A DNA stretch of 64,000 nt from Mytilus californianus (Eukaryota), in the NCBI RefSeq assembly GCF_021869535.1, contig NW_026262709.1, positions 62,001 through 126,000 on the forward strand, in the 5' to 3' direction. Shown here piece after piece: positions 1 to 13,103 of this stretch. Within the stretch, counting starts at the first letter, position 1. The number at the start of each line of letters is the position of its first letter. A program made the translations under genes and the position numbers. Under the pieces are notes generated by a model. That model did not search any database and was not told the origin of the DNA. It saw nothing but the letters and a program-made list of their open reading frames with translations.

Positions 1-1051
1 AAACAAAACTTGAGTATCTAAAATTTCGATTAATTCTGTTTTTTCATTATTCCTCATCATCATATCGGAGCATTGAAGTTTATAAAAATCCGCATTATTA
101 CAAAAAATCTCGATTCTGTCTTTTGTTTCATTAAATCTTATGAAGAACTGCTCTGTAATCTCATTAAAACAATTCAAAATTAACGTCGTCATGTATATAG
201 CCGATATAACTGTAATATTTACCACTTGACATAAAACAAACAACAGTCAATGAAAGCTACTATGTTACGCGTTTCTATCGAAAATGAATCTTAAACCCCG
301 CATAACTTTTTTAAAGTTGCACTGTTTTAATTTTCTTCAACCTCCTAAAGGTCTGTAAAACAATACCGTATAATGTTCATAAAATCTTAAACATGTGTTA
401 ATGGGAAAAAACCAACATGTGTGCATATTTTTTTGGTGGATAATGTGTTTTTTTTCCGTTTTATAAATACTTGATGTAGAATAATCTAAGAAAAACTATC
501 TAGTATACCTATGACAATAACAACAATAAAAGATATTAACGATACTTTAGAATATGCACACCACTGAATGTTCACTATTTTCTAATGGTTTTAAATGCAA
601 CAAACGTTTTTGCTGTACGTAATCAAAATACAGCACTACCATAATTTTGAAAGGATGATATACTAAACGGTTCATTTAAAACAAATCTTTCAGTGATGCA
701 TATTTTTTCGTTAGTTTTTATTATTGGATTATATAAATGTGATCAACGTTCCAAAACAATTCAATTGTGTGTACAGTTCATATTTTGTAGATGACCAGAA
801 GAAGAATGACACGAATTGGATAGTACTCGTTTTTACCCGCTTGGATATAATCTGTGATATTCAGCCAGAAATGCATTGCAAAAAAAATATCAATTATGAA
901 ACTGTCTTAATTATAATTTTTATAGAATCTTAAGTGTACTGTGAATAGTTGATTGCGGATATTGTTGTTGAATCTTAGTGAATCAATGTTTGCTAACCTT
1001 AACACACATGATGAAAGACCAACATCGTTAGTATTTTGAAGGTAAACTTAC

Positions 1052-1163
1052 CTGTATATAATAACTATTATTGCCACAACAATTAAAATAACAATTACAG
1101 TCGCTATGCCTCCTCCTACTGCTGCACCTGAACTGTTGTCGTTGGGCATAACCACTGCAGACA
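1052..1163 (-). CDS. Exon: juxtamembrane stalk plus transmembrane helix
   Basis: ttttcAG|...|GTAAGT; 112 nt, phase 1-2. VSAVVMPNDNSSGAAVGGGIATVIVILIVVAIIVIIYR: a hydrophobic helix of more than 20 aa followed by a basic stop-transfer residue. Confidence 0.88.
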
Positions 1164-2764
1164 CTGAAAACATCAGAAGTTTTTATCGTGGACGATAAAA
1201 GTATTTTTAACTTCTTCTATGTACATTTTAGGCACATTCATACAAATGTTTTAGCATTATCAAGCGGAATCATCAGTTGACAGATTTTGTATTCCGATTT
1301 GAGTATACTGTATTGTTTTATCACTAAAATTTCTAGGCAATAATGTTATTTTATTAAAACAATAAATAGCGTACTTGTTTCATGGTATTGTTCTTTCCCC
1401 ATGATAGCTCTGATTATGATAAATGCATGAACTGCTTTTCTCCCTATAGCTATAATTATGATGCATGCATGAATTGTAACTGTTTTCTTTTATCGTTACA
1501 TCTAGTATCATTATAGTTGTTATTATTGGATATTTGTTCAGAATAACTGTACAGTATACACTTCTATACATACTGCTGGCCTTAAATAGCTATGTATATG
1601 ATGTTTAAATAGTAGCTTAATATCATGATATCGTCTTCCGGTTTCTGACTGACATGCCATAATAAAGGCAACAGTAGTATACCGCTGTTCGAAACTCATA
1701 AATCGATAGAGATAAAAACAAATCCGTACAAGTGACAAATCACTTATAGTTTTTTAAAAACTTGCTGCAAACGTTCAGACATCCAATGCTTAATAAACCA
1801 GATGTGTCCACCGTAATCCGAACCCGCTGTTTAACTGTGTAATACATTCATAAGCTATGAGTAGGCTGCATGAGTCCGATAACAGCCAACGTCCCAAAAC
1901 GTTAACAGACATTATGAAATCAAAGCAATAACATCATACACATTACCTAGTATGAACGCTCTTTGAGTTTACAAGTAGTCATTGTGATACAATATTCCAA
2001 AGAATGGTCAAACTTCCATGGCTCACATAAAAATAGTCAAATCAAAATCTCGGTAAGGTATGGTCCACTACACACAATAAAAAAACTATCTTATTTGGTA
2101 TGAAACCTTTCTGACAAATGGTCTGAAAGAAGGTGCAGAAAAGAGATCATGAAAGTATCACAGCTTATGGGCAAACGGTATCCAGGTATTAATGTGTATC
2201 GGAAAGTCGGATTAACGGATTAAGACTATTGCCATATCCCTCGCGGAACTCGAGGGGGACAATAGGAATGATATTTTTTTATATATCAAGGAAATTTATT
2301 TTCTCGGACAAATTCATCGGTAAAAGTAATCGAGTTTGTAACGCTTGGTATTATAATTACTCATTGAAGTTTTCAATTGAATAGTTTATAAGAAATGATA
2401 TAGTGGTATCAAGTTGTTACATAAAACCACTTCACGACTATGGAAACCCATAAGAAAAGCAGCATCTATTTTATTTTTGTTCACAACATTTAGAAACCTT
2501 CAACATGAAGCAAACACTCTCAACTCACTGCAATTTAAAGCCGGTCGCTATCACCGCTAAAAGCGGAAGTTTTTTGTATATGTCAATCCTGCTACATATG
2601 TGCATTGATGAACACGGTTGCTGAATAATATCAACAAATCATAAATAAAAAAAAAAACTAGCATGAATTATTCGACAATCGCGTTTGAAATACAGTGAAA
2701 ATGTAAGCATTTGGTTAAAAACAAAGAGAGAACATAACGATACATGTAAAAATACTCCATATGA

Positions 2765-3135
2765 AGCAGAGCCTGCATACAAAGTATATATCTCCCAATT
2801 AATACGATATTCCAAAGCTTGCGTTCCCTTTATGATTTCCTCGATAGATGATTGCTGCTTGCATGGGTTCCGAGTGATGAAGTTGAAGTTACCATCACGA
2901 GTTGGCTGCCCGTTTTGAAATATATGTGTCACAAATGACCACGGATATTTTCAAATTGTCGTAACCGCCATATTGTTCTCTTTTTCTTCGATTGTGTCAT
3001 CAAGACTTATTACCGGATTTGAACTTGCACAATAAACACAACGACAAGTGGAGCAGGAACTGCGAACTATTCCGGACCATTTAAGTTCACCCCGGGTGTT
3101 GGTTTGTCCTGTTGCTCTGTCTGTTGTTTTCTATA
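2765..3135 (+). mobile_element. Decayed 3' fragment of a Naiad-like PLE (RT C-terminus plus 3' UTR core)
   Basis: PAYKVYISQLIRYSKAC... is homologous to 60350-60750 and 34740-34985, and is followed by the GGAGCAGGA...TTCCGGA.CA core. The clade assignment is inference. Confidence 0.65.
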
Positions 3136-3952
3136 AAAGTGTTTTGTGGCCTTATCGCTTTTTCGTCGTTTTTCGTTTAGCTGGAAACTACGTTTATGAA
3201 CAGTGTAAACATAAAGTTATTATTTCGGAAAAAAATTGCACACATTGCAGGTGTAATACCACCAAATTATAGTACGTCACATCCGGTTGCATACGAAAAA
3301 GGGTCGAAAAAAAATATTCCCTTGAATTTGACAGTTGTAGGAAATTAATCCTACATTTCATTGCAGTAAAATATTTCTGAGTCATAAACATATATCTTGG
3401 ATGTTTCAAAGCACCAATCTTTTTTTATTTGGTGTTTCTATAGAATATTTTGGAAATTTGATGTAACATGGTTTCTGAAGCTTGTACACAGGAAAATAAG
3501 GGTTGAAAATTTGATTGGTGAACTTCCAGTGATAGGTATTATCTTATATGCAATGAAATATTATGTGAAATTTTGTCTGTAGTACTGGAAAGGATAAAAC
3601 TTTACTCATGCCAACTATTTCTTTATTTGAAACAAAGATAAATTCTGCATAATTTTTTTAAAAAGTGCAAATTTAACAAAGACTAATAGTGGAAAAACAA
3701 TGGTGGTATTACACCTGAAAGGAAAGTCGCGTTTACAAAAACCAAAAACAGTAATAAGCATACCTTTTAATGGAAGGATGAAACAATCAGATGCTAGAAA
3801 AGGTCGCAATAAGCCAAGTGCAGCATAACTGTATACATTACACACTAGTTTAAGTAAATAAGCATGTATAAACAGATATATTGAGACACCGAACGCCATT
3901 AATGGTAGCACCTGATCTCAAAATTAGCCACGTATTTTTTAGTTCAACATAC

Positions 3953-4084
3953 CTTCGCACTTAACTCCTTCGTATTTTTCAATACATCCATATGAACAAT
4001 TGCCTTCAAATATTTCACATGACTGGTTGAGGCATGTTGTACACTCCCGTTCGCAATTAAAACCATAAAAACCATTGTCACATT
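3953..4084 (-). CDS. Exon: EGF-like module
   Basis: ttcAG|...|GTATGT; 132 nt. ECDNGFYGFNCERECTTCLNQSCEIFEGNCSYGCIEKYEGVKCE. Confidence 0.92.
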
Positions 4085-6205
4085 CTGAAAGAGATTCTAA
4101 ATTAAGTTCTTGTACACACATCACACATCAAAGATTCATAAAGATGCATTGCAATGCTTCATGATGTTATCTGAAAGGCCATATCAACTGTAGGGCGCGT
4201 ATATTGAAATGCTTAAGTGTGTGCTTTGTTTTCTGTACAGTCGTTTGTTTCCGACTTATGTGTTTGAATATCCCTTTGGTATCTTTCGTCTCTCTTTTAA
4301 GAAACGAGTGATGATAATTATCTACAAAACTATTAATTGGTTAAACTAGGGAAATCGCAAACTTCCTTTGCGATGACATTTAGAACAAAGGCTTTTAAAA
4401 AACGAGAACTTTCCATCTGAAATGATTCAAATATGTCACTAATTTCAATCTGTTGCTTAATGAAAATTATCTTTTGATACTACTTTTGGAAAATCAACAA
4501 TTGAACAATGCAACAAATGAGTATTTTTCATTGAAAATTATTCAGAATCAAAACGCTCAAATTCCAGGAAAGACATTAATGCGACTATCAAAATTTGACA
4601 AAACGGCAATGCAAAAAATATCATACCGCGCAAAGATGATTGCAGTCACATGAAGCGAATGCAAGTTTGTTATTGGCGAAATTGGACAAAACGTTTGAGA
4701 TCAATAATTTCTGGTGAAGATTAATGTAGCAATGTGCATCGGAAACATTAAAAATAGTCAACTATAAATGTACATTGTAACTTAACAGTTTAATACAACC
4801 TTTAACTCGAACTCACATCATTTTAACTCGAAAAAGAAGTATAATCTTAGTTTTTTTCATCAACGTTGAGTCATGTTTAACTTTTGATTTTAAACCCGAC
4901 AATCAGTTTTGAACAAGCTTATGGGATCCAAAAACAAGGCCTTGGTTCTTTTAGTTTATTTAAATCTAGAACAAAAACTATATTCTATCTCCCGAATTTT
5001 GTGTTCGCTTTTATTAGTTCCTGTTTGACTAGTGACACCTGTCGCATTTCGTATTGTAAAATGCAATTTATAGTAAATGATAAATCAATGGTTACCTTTT
5101 GTAGGTTTTATAACAAGGAAGATTCAATTCATAGAGGTATCTTTGTCTAACCTTTGACATTTCCAGATGCATAAAATATCAGAACTTTTAAATGATCTAC
5201 CATTAGAAATTACCAGAAGTTATATATAAATGCGATTTGTTTTCAGGATAGAGGACTGTGACCGATGGAAACTACAAAGACTATGAAAAATTGAAGATTA
5301 CAACGCATGGACTGAAATGGGATTGCTCTGTCGGCACAGATGTACAATTACTGTTCTACAATAGTTTCACTCGTCCTGATTCTCATAACAAGCGCACAAA
5401 TCCTATAATAAGTCGCATTTGGTAATACAATAAATATGAAAAAGGGCAGGTCTATGTCTACAATAAATTGCACATATTCGTAGATCTCTAAGAACTATTC
5501 GATAACCTTGTACAAAATCAAATCATCTAAGAGATATCTCATTGGTCCCTTGTTCGCATAACATTTGTGTAGCAGATGTAGCAGATGTAACCAGTGGTAA
5601 CCGCCAAATACAATGTCAAGTACAAGACAACTTTTAATACGGACCTCAATCGGAAACTATCATGACCTATCCGTATATCTTTGAAAGTGCACCGCTCAAA
5701 TTACGTCCAATATGTATATATAATACATATATATATATCAGACCAACAATAAACCATAAGATGATAAGCACGATTTTTGCTTATGAACCCGCAGGAAAAC
5801 CTATGTCATATTTTTCGAATTATCAAGGAAGCAAGTACAATATAATTATCAAAATATAATCCGCTTCTTTTTTTTAAACCAACCATTACTCTGTTTTGTT
5901 CATTTGAAATGCTTAGGCTGGTATTGGAATACAAACAATGTTTAATTTGTCATTGAAAAGTGTTTAAAACCCAATTCTGGAATTTGCCAAAGACTTGCCA
6001 TTTCAATGGACAAACTTTTTTGATTTGCCAGGTCGACAAGCATTGGTTTACTAAAGCAAGATTATTTGATTAAAATATAAATACGGCGATTTGTGATAAT
6101 GTTCAGTTATCATATAAATTGAAACAGTAAGGTACGTTATAAAGAAAAGGCACAGGAAACGAGGTTAAAGGAAACTCATCATATATTCCAGTATTAAAAT
6201 TATGT

Positions 6206-6249
6206 ACTTCAGACGCGCGTTTCATTTACAACAGACTCATCAGTGACGC
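6206..6249 (-). ncRNA. Minimal type I hammerhead ribozyme motif (partly decayed) in a retrozyme/PLE-terminal fragment (~6165-6310)
   Basis: Minus strand reads GCGTCA-CTGATGA-GTCT gttgt AAAT-GAAA-CGCGCG-TC-TGAAGT. The core is intact (CUGAUGA, GAAA, GUC) with a palindromic stem III; stems I and II have mismatches. Confidence 0.7.
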
Positions 6250-6342
6250 TCAAATCAAAATGTTTAAAAGGTCAAATAAAGAATGAAGTTAAAGAGCATT
6301 CAGGACCCAAACTAAAGAACAGTAGTTATGGAATATATAAAT

Positions 6343-6616
6343 TGAATGATTGATTGGTGTTTAACGCCACTTTCAACACGATTGTGCTATTTCATGGCTG
6401 TCAGTTTTTATTGGTGGAGGAAGCCGGAGTGCCCGGAGAGAACCACCGACCTTCGGTAGGAAATATGACAATCCTAGTCAATTAAGATTGGAGTCAAGTG
6501 CACCTGCCCCGTGCGGGATTCGAACTAACAACCTCAGAGTTGACAGGCTAGTGATGCAGTAGTTCGACTACTTTTTGTTCTCTTGACTACTTAGACCACT
6601 CGGCTACCGAGGCCCC
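6343..6616 (-). mobile_element. tRNA-derived SINE, near full length
   Basis: Head GGGGCCTCGGTAGCCGAGTGGTCTAAG (A box) and GTTCGAATCC (B box); central GGTGGTTCTCTCCGGGCACTCCGGCTTCCTCCACC (V/Meta-type conserved-domain-like); tail GTTGAAAGTGGCGTTAAACAC(CAAT)n. A partial copy lies at 60116-60272. Confidence 0.85.
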
Positions 6617-8009
6617 TGAAATATATATATATATAGATAATTGTCATGTTAACATTGCTTTAATCTATAGCTGCCTTTGAACTGTTGTGGAAACATTTGA
6701 AAAGCATAGCCTACCACAGTCATGTAATTTGTAACAATCATTCAGGTATAAAAAATGTATTTTCTTATACACTTAGCTTCATTACGCAATTGTAATTTAA
6801 AGGCCTGGATATTAAAATATGTTTGGAATCAAAGGAAAAAAGTAGAGATATGAAATTTAAAAGAAAACACTTCTTACCGCTTTTCGATGCCTAATGCGGA
6901 GAAAGATATGCTTACATGTAACAGTCCAGAGCACATTAAAAATCAACCCGTATTTTTGTAGGATGCGTGTTGCTCAGTCTTTTTATATATTGTTTTGTAA
7001 AGTGGTGTATATCTTTTAGTCGTTATTATGTTTTTTTGCCATGTTTTTTTTTCAATCCCTCTACGACTTCCTTATATCAAACGTACGCTAAATGTTATGT
7101 AGACTGATGAGCATATGTTAACTTTAATGTAGATTCATAACATCACCGTTTAACAAGTTTCCCTTGCGTGTTGTCATATTATATTAACATCATCAGTTTA
7201 AAACGAGTGGTAAACACATTGTACGATAAATATACTTTTTCGGGGATTGTTGTTTTTTTTAAGCTATAATATATTCTTTACGTAGGAAAAATAAAAAGAG
7301 CAGGTTCTCCTCAACGCATATTAGACATTTCAAATAAATTTTCAAAATTTATAAAAGTTATACCAACATGATGTTATAAATTGCCAAATGTATGAACAGA
7401 AAGAACAAAACAAAATTACTACTCAATCCGTAATATTTTTTATTCTTCGTGGAGATTTTTATTATGATAAAGGCATCCGATTAATTCATATTTCAATTTG
7501 ATACCACTAAAGAGAAATAGATTGAAAGTAAACCCAGTGAGGTCTGATATATTCTTCATTCTCCCACAAGGCGACATACCAAAAATAAGAAACACAACAG
7601 ATGAATAAAGAATACACAATTGAAAACTTTTCGTCGAACATACACGCTTCAAGATATGTTTGCAAAGCTTGAAACAGTTTTGGTACATGACATACTGTTT
7701 AAAATGATACATTGTATGTCAATACATAATTAACCAAAAAGAAAGAAGATAACTTTAAAGTGACTTTATTTTGTGACGCTGTAATTTATTGGTATTGCCA
7801 AGGTTTTTGAAATGAAATTTACGCAACGTTTGGAAATTTAAAGGTTTTATGTTAATACCTATTACATAATTGTTTTTACAATACAACTTAATTGAAACGG
7901 TGTGAAACTAACTGACGATATATTTTGTGCAGAAAAGGTGTTTCAAAGTAGAAAGGTTTGTCGCACTAGTGTTTGTCATGTGGTTCAGCATAAAGGAATT
8001 AAAGCTTAC

Positions 8010-8144
8010 CGTTATCACATGTTTCACCATGCCATCCTTTTGCACATTCTCTATTATAACAATGACCATTGAACTTGTTGCAAGGTAAAGCGCGACAGTT
8101 ACATTCCTTTGCACAGTCTTTCCCAAATTTCCAATCCTCGCATT
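8010..8144 (-). CDS. Exon: EGF-like module
   Basis: tgtAG|...|GTAAGC; 135 nt. ECEDWKFGKDCAKECNCRALPCNKFNGHCYNRECAKGWHGETCDN. Confidence 0.92.
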
Positions 8145-8711
8145 CTACAGATACAAAATAATTATATGTTATACGAAAAATATTAATCTAATTTGTAATG
8201 TGTTGACACATTAAAGTTATTCTTTTGTTTACTAGAACTCCTCTTCCCGCCCCAAAATAAAGATGAAAAAAATATACATTCATACAATAAATATTTTTAC
8301 AAGTTTGGTTAAATTGTCGCGTCTGATTTGCAAATAAATATTTCGGAATATAATCCTTGGACCTATCCATTTAATCATTAAAGATTTCATCCAAGCTTTT
8401 TCTTTTGTTGAAGTTCGTGTTAATCAATATCAGTATCTCATTTCTGTGTGTAAATATGTCAATTTGTGTTGTCCTAGAATCAACTGGATGATAGGTAAGA
8501 ATCCATTCATACATTTGTAAATTGGAATACATGTGTAGCCTCTGTGCATGACATAATTATGATCGTATTTCAAGGTGGCGATAATTGTCGTCTTTTTAAA
8601 AAAAACAGTGCCCATTTAATGATTTGTTTATAGCTACATAATTTCATTTTAACAATAGTTTCGTCTATCACAAGTGATGACCAGTTGTTTGACTACTCTG
8701 TTTATGCATAC

Positions 8712-8855
8712 CCTGATTGCAATTTTGTCCTTTGACAAAACCTGGCTTACATCCACTCGAATTATTGCATACGCCGTTAACTTTGTCACATTGGTTTGAT
8801 ATGCATCCAAAACAGATCTGCGAACAGTTAATACCAAAATACCCAACGTCACATT
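8712..8855 (-). CDS. Exon: EGF-like module
   Basis: tgtAG|...|GTATGC; 144 nt. ECDVGYFGINCSQICFGCISNQCDKVNGVCNNSSGCKPGFVKGQNCNQ. Confidence 0.92.
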
Positions 8856-9449
8856 CTACAATGAAAACATTATCTACTAGTAATAAAAGTTTTGCTTGTA
8901 ACTGAGAATAAGGAAATTACTGCCTGCATTCATTCATCAATTGATAAACACGCGAGATTAATGAAAAGACTTTTTAGATAAAAGTTTACTTTTGACAATT
9001 GAGAGTCGAGAGTCTAGAGTTGAGACATTTAAAAAAGGGATCATCTCAAAGTATGATTTTACAGTTAACACTACATAACCATATTTGACATAAGCGGTCA
9101 TCTCAGACGATTTTAATTTTAAATTATCATAAAATCCCCCCATCCTCAGAAACAATATACCAACTTCATTTGCATATGGGATATACATTTCCTAACTCAT
9201 TCGGTATTCAAGAGATTGTAGCTGCTACTCAGACTTTATAAAACGTCATCACTGAACAGAGAGTTAACATTATCAAAATTTAATTATCTTATTTCTGTTT
9301 GTTATCAAATAAAAATTAATAAAGAGCATCATTATGCAAACATCAGCATTTTCCAAACATAAACGAATCTTTTATTATTTCAGATATATTTCTAGTATAT
9401 TTCTAGATGACAGAGGGTATCAAACAATATATAATATTAATCATGTGTA

Positions 9450-9712
9450 CTGCTGTACCTCGATTTTTTACATTTTTACCTATTATGTCTGTTTGTTTTG
9501 TTCACACATTGTTGTCAATATAATGGAATTTCATGCGACTGTCATACAAGTGAGAGGTTAAGCTAACTATAAAACTAGGTTCAATCCACCATTTTCTACA
9601 TAAGAAAATGCCTGTACAAAGTCAGGAATATGACAGTTGTTATCCATTCGTTTAATGTGTTTGAGCTTTTGATTTGAATTTTCTCGGCGTTCAGTATTTT
9701 TGTTATTTTACT
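9450..9712 (+). repeat. High-copy interspersed repeat 'A' (CCAAGTCAGGAATATGACAGTTG... ending TTTTACTTT)
   Basis: Further copies at ~13575-13700 (+), ~34405-34720 (-, attached to a Naiad-like 3' end) and ~49820-49980 (+). Confidence 0.8.
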
Positions 9713-10073
9713 TTAGATTAATTTCGAGCAGTGTGTCAAAGTCAGAAGGAAGAAGGCAAAGTGACAATATAAAAATAAGAGGCGAACAAAAATGACACTA
9801 AAATAAAACCAAGAATATTGTAGATTTGCATTGTTGCAGGCAACCTCTATGATTCCAAAAAAAAATATTAACAAGTTTTGAAGTTTGCGTTATAACAATG
9901 CCTAAAAAAAAAATAATGCATTTGTAATAATCCCCAGAACAGTCCGTCTTTAAAGCAATGTATTACATAGAGACATCTCAGGTGAAATTTAGAATTTATT
10001 CATGCGGATTGCTTATAGTTGAAAATAAATTGAAACGATTATGTATGATAAGCATCAAGCCAATTAAACAAAC

Positions 10074-10210
10074 CTTTTGTACAATTGTATCCTTCCCATC
10101 CTTCATTGCAACCTGCAGTACACTCGCCTGATACGTGATTACATGGTTGATTAAGCAATTTGCAGAACAATGCCTACTACATTTACTTCCAAAGTTTCCA
10201 TAAGCACAGA
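10074..10210 (-). CDS. Exon: EGF-like module with a 1-nt deletion (frameshift)
   Basis: ctacAG|...|GTTTGT; 137 nt, not a multiple of 3. VCAYGNFGSKCSRHCSANCL then, after restoring one A (TTAAT to TTAAAT, ~10151), NQPCNHVSGECTAGCNEGWEGYNCTK. Confidence 0.85.
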
Positions 10211-10777
10211 CTGTAGAAAAATATGGTCGATTTAGTGTTGTTATCGAAACATTGTGTCATTTAAGCAATTAAAAAAACTGTAAAATGATTCTTTAAAACA
10301 CGAACACTTTATATCCTAGGGTTTATTCATGATACTTTTGCCAAGAAGCAATGTTTTATCAAATTGTGTTTATAATCCCTGTATCATACACATACGTGTC
10401 AAGAAACAAACGTGTTTAAACGATGCAAAGGGACTATGTTATTTCGAAGTTTTGTTTTAAATCAACGCATTTTTACCTGAATCATATCTTTCATATTTTG
10501 GTAAATGCTGAACAATCTCGGCTTATATTTTTCACTATGAATATTGTAGCTATTTGGCTTCCCTTTTTCGATCAACAATGTTTTGCATTTAAGTCGAAAA
10601 AATGAGTTTGTTTTGAGTTAGCTGTCATTAATCATTCATTACATACTATATTGCCCCCTTTAATCAATCCATAGATGTGCAAATGATAAAAAATATGTTC
10701 AGCTCTAATATGTGAGTAAAGGATATATATTGAGAAAACTGCATGACAGGATTTTACAATAACATTAATATATTAAC

Positions 10778-10906
10778 CAATGTCACATCGATAACCAACC
10801 CATCCATCTAAACAACCAGATGTACAATGTCCTGTATCTAAGTCACATGGTCCGTTACAGTGGCAAAACTTTTCACAATTGTCTCCGTATCTTCCTAGGG
10901 GACACC
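10778..10906 (-). CDS. Exon: EGF-like module
   Basis: ccacAG|...|GTTAAT; 129 nt. GCPLGRYGDNCEKFCHCNGPCDLDTGHCTSGCLDGWVGYRCDI. Confidence 0.92.
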
Positions 10907-11312
10907 CTGTGGACAACATGAAACATTGAAATTATTATAAAATTGGTGTTTGATCTAGATAGTTTACTGTAATAACCATCTGTTTGCGACAAGATAATGC
11001 ATGATATAAAAGATATATAATCGGTTTTAAAAGGCTTGTACTTCGTGTATACATATTATGATTATATTCTGTGATTGAAAACATTCTTAACTGTTTTTAT
11101 CTTTTATATGTCCTCTTAAGTTCTTAATTGTTCTAATATTGTGCATGTCTCTGAAATCTTTGAATAAAAGAAATAGTAGTAGTGAGCATGAAAATAGCAG
11201 CATATATATGGTAATTTCTGCAAAATGACAGAATCTCATATGTCAGTTACACTTTTTGTACAATTTACTCATTTTTTGGATGAAGTAGAATATTATAAGT
11301 TTATCGCTTTAC

Positions 11313-11501
11313 CGCCAATTTCAAATTCACACACATCAACTCCACTTGGTGCAGGTGGCAAATATATAATATATCTACAAACGGCATATACATTAATATC
11401 CTTAGTTGGACGTTGACCCTTATATAGCAGAATGCCATTAACCCATGCATCACTGGTATTGGAACAGTATACTATATCTTCACCCGTTGTTACTGTTGCA
11501 T
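11313..11501 (-). CDS. Exon: C-terminal half of second F-type lectin-like domain (not in the ORF track)
   Basis: ttacAG|...|GTAAAG; 189 nt, open. DATVTTGEDIVYCSNTSDAWVNGILLYKGQRPTKDINVYAVCRYIIYLPPAPSGVDVCEFEIG (CRY...VCE.EI.G ending). Confidence 0.88.
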
Positions 11502-12285
11502 CTGTAAGAAATAAACATACACTAACATCCCTGTAAATACTATATTCTACTATCCCGTTTGTAATAAGTTTTCTAAAGGTACAAACGTCTTAACACAATA
11601 TGTGAATATATAAGAAAATTTAGTTAAGGTTTTTGCTATCGAAATCCTTGACTAAATAATTTACCAGTAATAAATTAAAAAGATTACGTTCATTGATATT
11701 AAAAATGTCAGACACGGGATGAGCAGGCGAAGTGGGATTTATAAAAACCGTTAGATGGGTTCAAAGGAACATCACCGTCCAAAAAAGGAAAACTATCAAT
11801 AGCAAACGAAAAATCAACGCTTTAGTGGTAAATGTATGTGTTTCGCCTGTAAAACTAAAATATCTAAATCTAGTAAAGGACAGGCATTGCTAATTTTATT
11901 TGATTTAGTTATAGCAAGTTCTTTTTGGGTCAATTTCAACAGTATTGTTATAAAATTTCTTGATTATTTAACAACAACATATCATCAATCTAACTGTAAG
12001 TGTTGTTGAATTGATCATTTAAATGAAATATAGGCGGTAAGTTTATTATCTAATTTATTAACTACAGTCGGCACACCTCGGCAGATTTAGTTAGATCTAC
12101 CAAATTGTGCCGTTTGTCCTAAACTGTAAATTTATATTCAAACAATTTATCACTTCAAAAGAATAAGTAATCTTATTCTGGATACATGGAAACAATGTCG
12201 TATTCTGATAATCTATAGCCCAATTGTTAGTAGTAATAAAATGCTTTCTGACTATTTTCTGACAAATGTCCAAATAATTTCTTAC

Positions 12286-12468
12286 CACCAAATGTGAAAT
12301 AAACTGTAGTTACAACACTCAAAGATCCAGTGTCGACCTGTAGGTAAGAACCTGATCCGGTTGTCATGGAGCACAGACCATTTGTCCGGTTTCCATCAAT
12401 GGCCAAACTTGCTGGATGATTTGGTTTAGGTTGATTTTGCATGGCTGTCCCATTGGAAGCTAAATTAT
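12286..12468 (-). CDS. Exon: N-terminal half of second, divergent F-type lectin-like domain
   Basis: cacAG|...|GTAAGA; 183 nt. YNLASNGTAMQNQPKPNHPASLAIDGNRTNGLCSMTTGSGSYLQVDTGSLSVVTTVYFTFG. Confidence 0.9.
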
Positions 12469-12902
12469 CTGTGACATAAACAATTTTATCAACACTGTAT
12501 GATACTTTTGTCAGGAAAATGCTTTTATTTAACATTTGCGTAACCAGCACACAGTTGCTTTCTTCAAACATGTTTGATATAAGCAATAGTATTTAACAAT
12601 TGAATAATGAAGAACATTGAAATTTAAAAAAACATAAAAAAAAAAAATCAAAACACAAAACACAAAAAATTTTTTTATTAAAATACCTTTAGAAGTTTAA
12701 AAATGTTTTAATTGTAATTTGGTTTTCAATTTCAAAAAATTAATATCGAAGTATGATGTATATGTCTATAAAGAGGATAAAAGATTGTAAAACACATTTT
12801 AAAAATCAGATTTACATAAAGCTTCTATTCATTTTATATTAATTTTCATTTTAATGGTAACCACTACTTGCTTTCTAAAAAAAATTAGAAGAAAACACCT
12901 AC

Positions 12903-13103
12903 ATTTGTTACAGTACTGTCCGGCTCGTAAAGCTATGCATCCATCAATACAAGCACCTGTATTTATATCACATTTGTTATTAAAACAGTTATGTTTGTCA
13001 CATCCCCAGACACAAGAACCGTTTTGAGGATAGCAATTATTGTCTATGCATGTTGCTGGGCATAATTCCGTACAGTTTGTGCTCCATGTACCTTTGAAGC
13101 AGC
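12903..13103 (-). CDS. Exon: Cys-rich EGF/laminin-EGF-like module
   Basis: tgtAG|...|GTAGGT; 201 nt. GCFKGTWSTNCTELCPATCIDNNCYPQNGSCVWGCDKHNCFNNKCDINTGACIDGCIALRAGQYCNK. Confidence 0.92.

Noticed and set aside
480-933. Candidate cytoplasmic exons downstream of the TM exon
   Set aside because: The acceptors tested at ~851 and ~563 give early stops in the required phase-2 frame; no supportable call.
1395-1490. Imperfect ~45-bp duplication and Tyr-rich ORF 1380-1571 (similar 41-bp duplication at 55874-55955)
   Set aside because: Ordinary slippage-type duplications; no splice-compatible exon is supported.
3615-3911. Hydrophobic 98-aa ORF directly downstream of an EGF exon, as a possible TM exon
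   Set aside because: The phase is incompatible, the implied intron would be only ~40 nt, and a much better TM exon exists at 1052-1163.
6540-6616. tRNA gene
   Set aside because: The A/B boxes belong to a SINE head fused to SINE body and tail; there is no complete cloverleaf.
7440-7712. Cys-containing ORF between EGF exons
   Set aside because: No EGF cysteine spacing in any frame consistent with phase-1 splicing.
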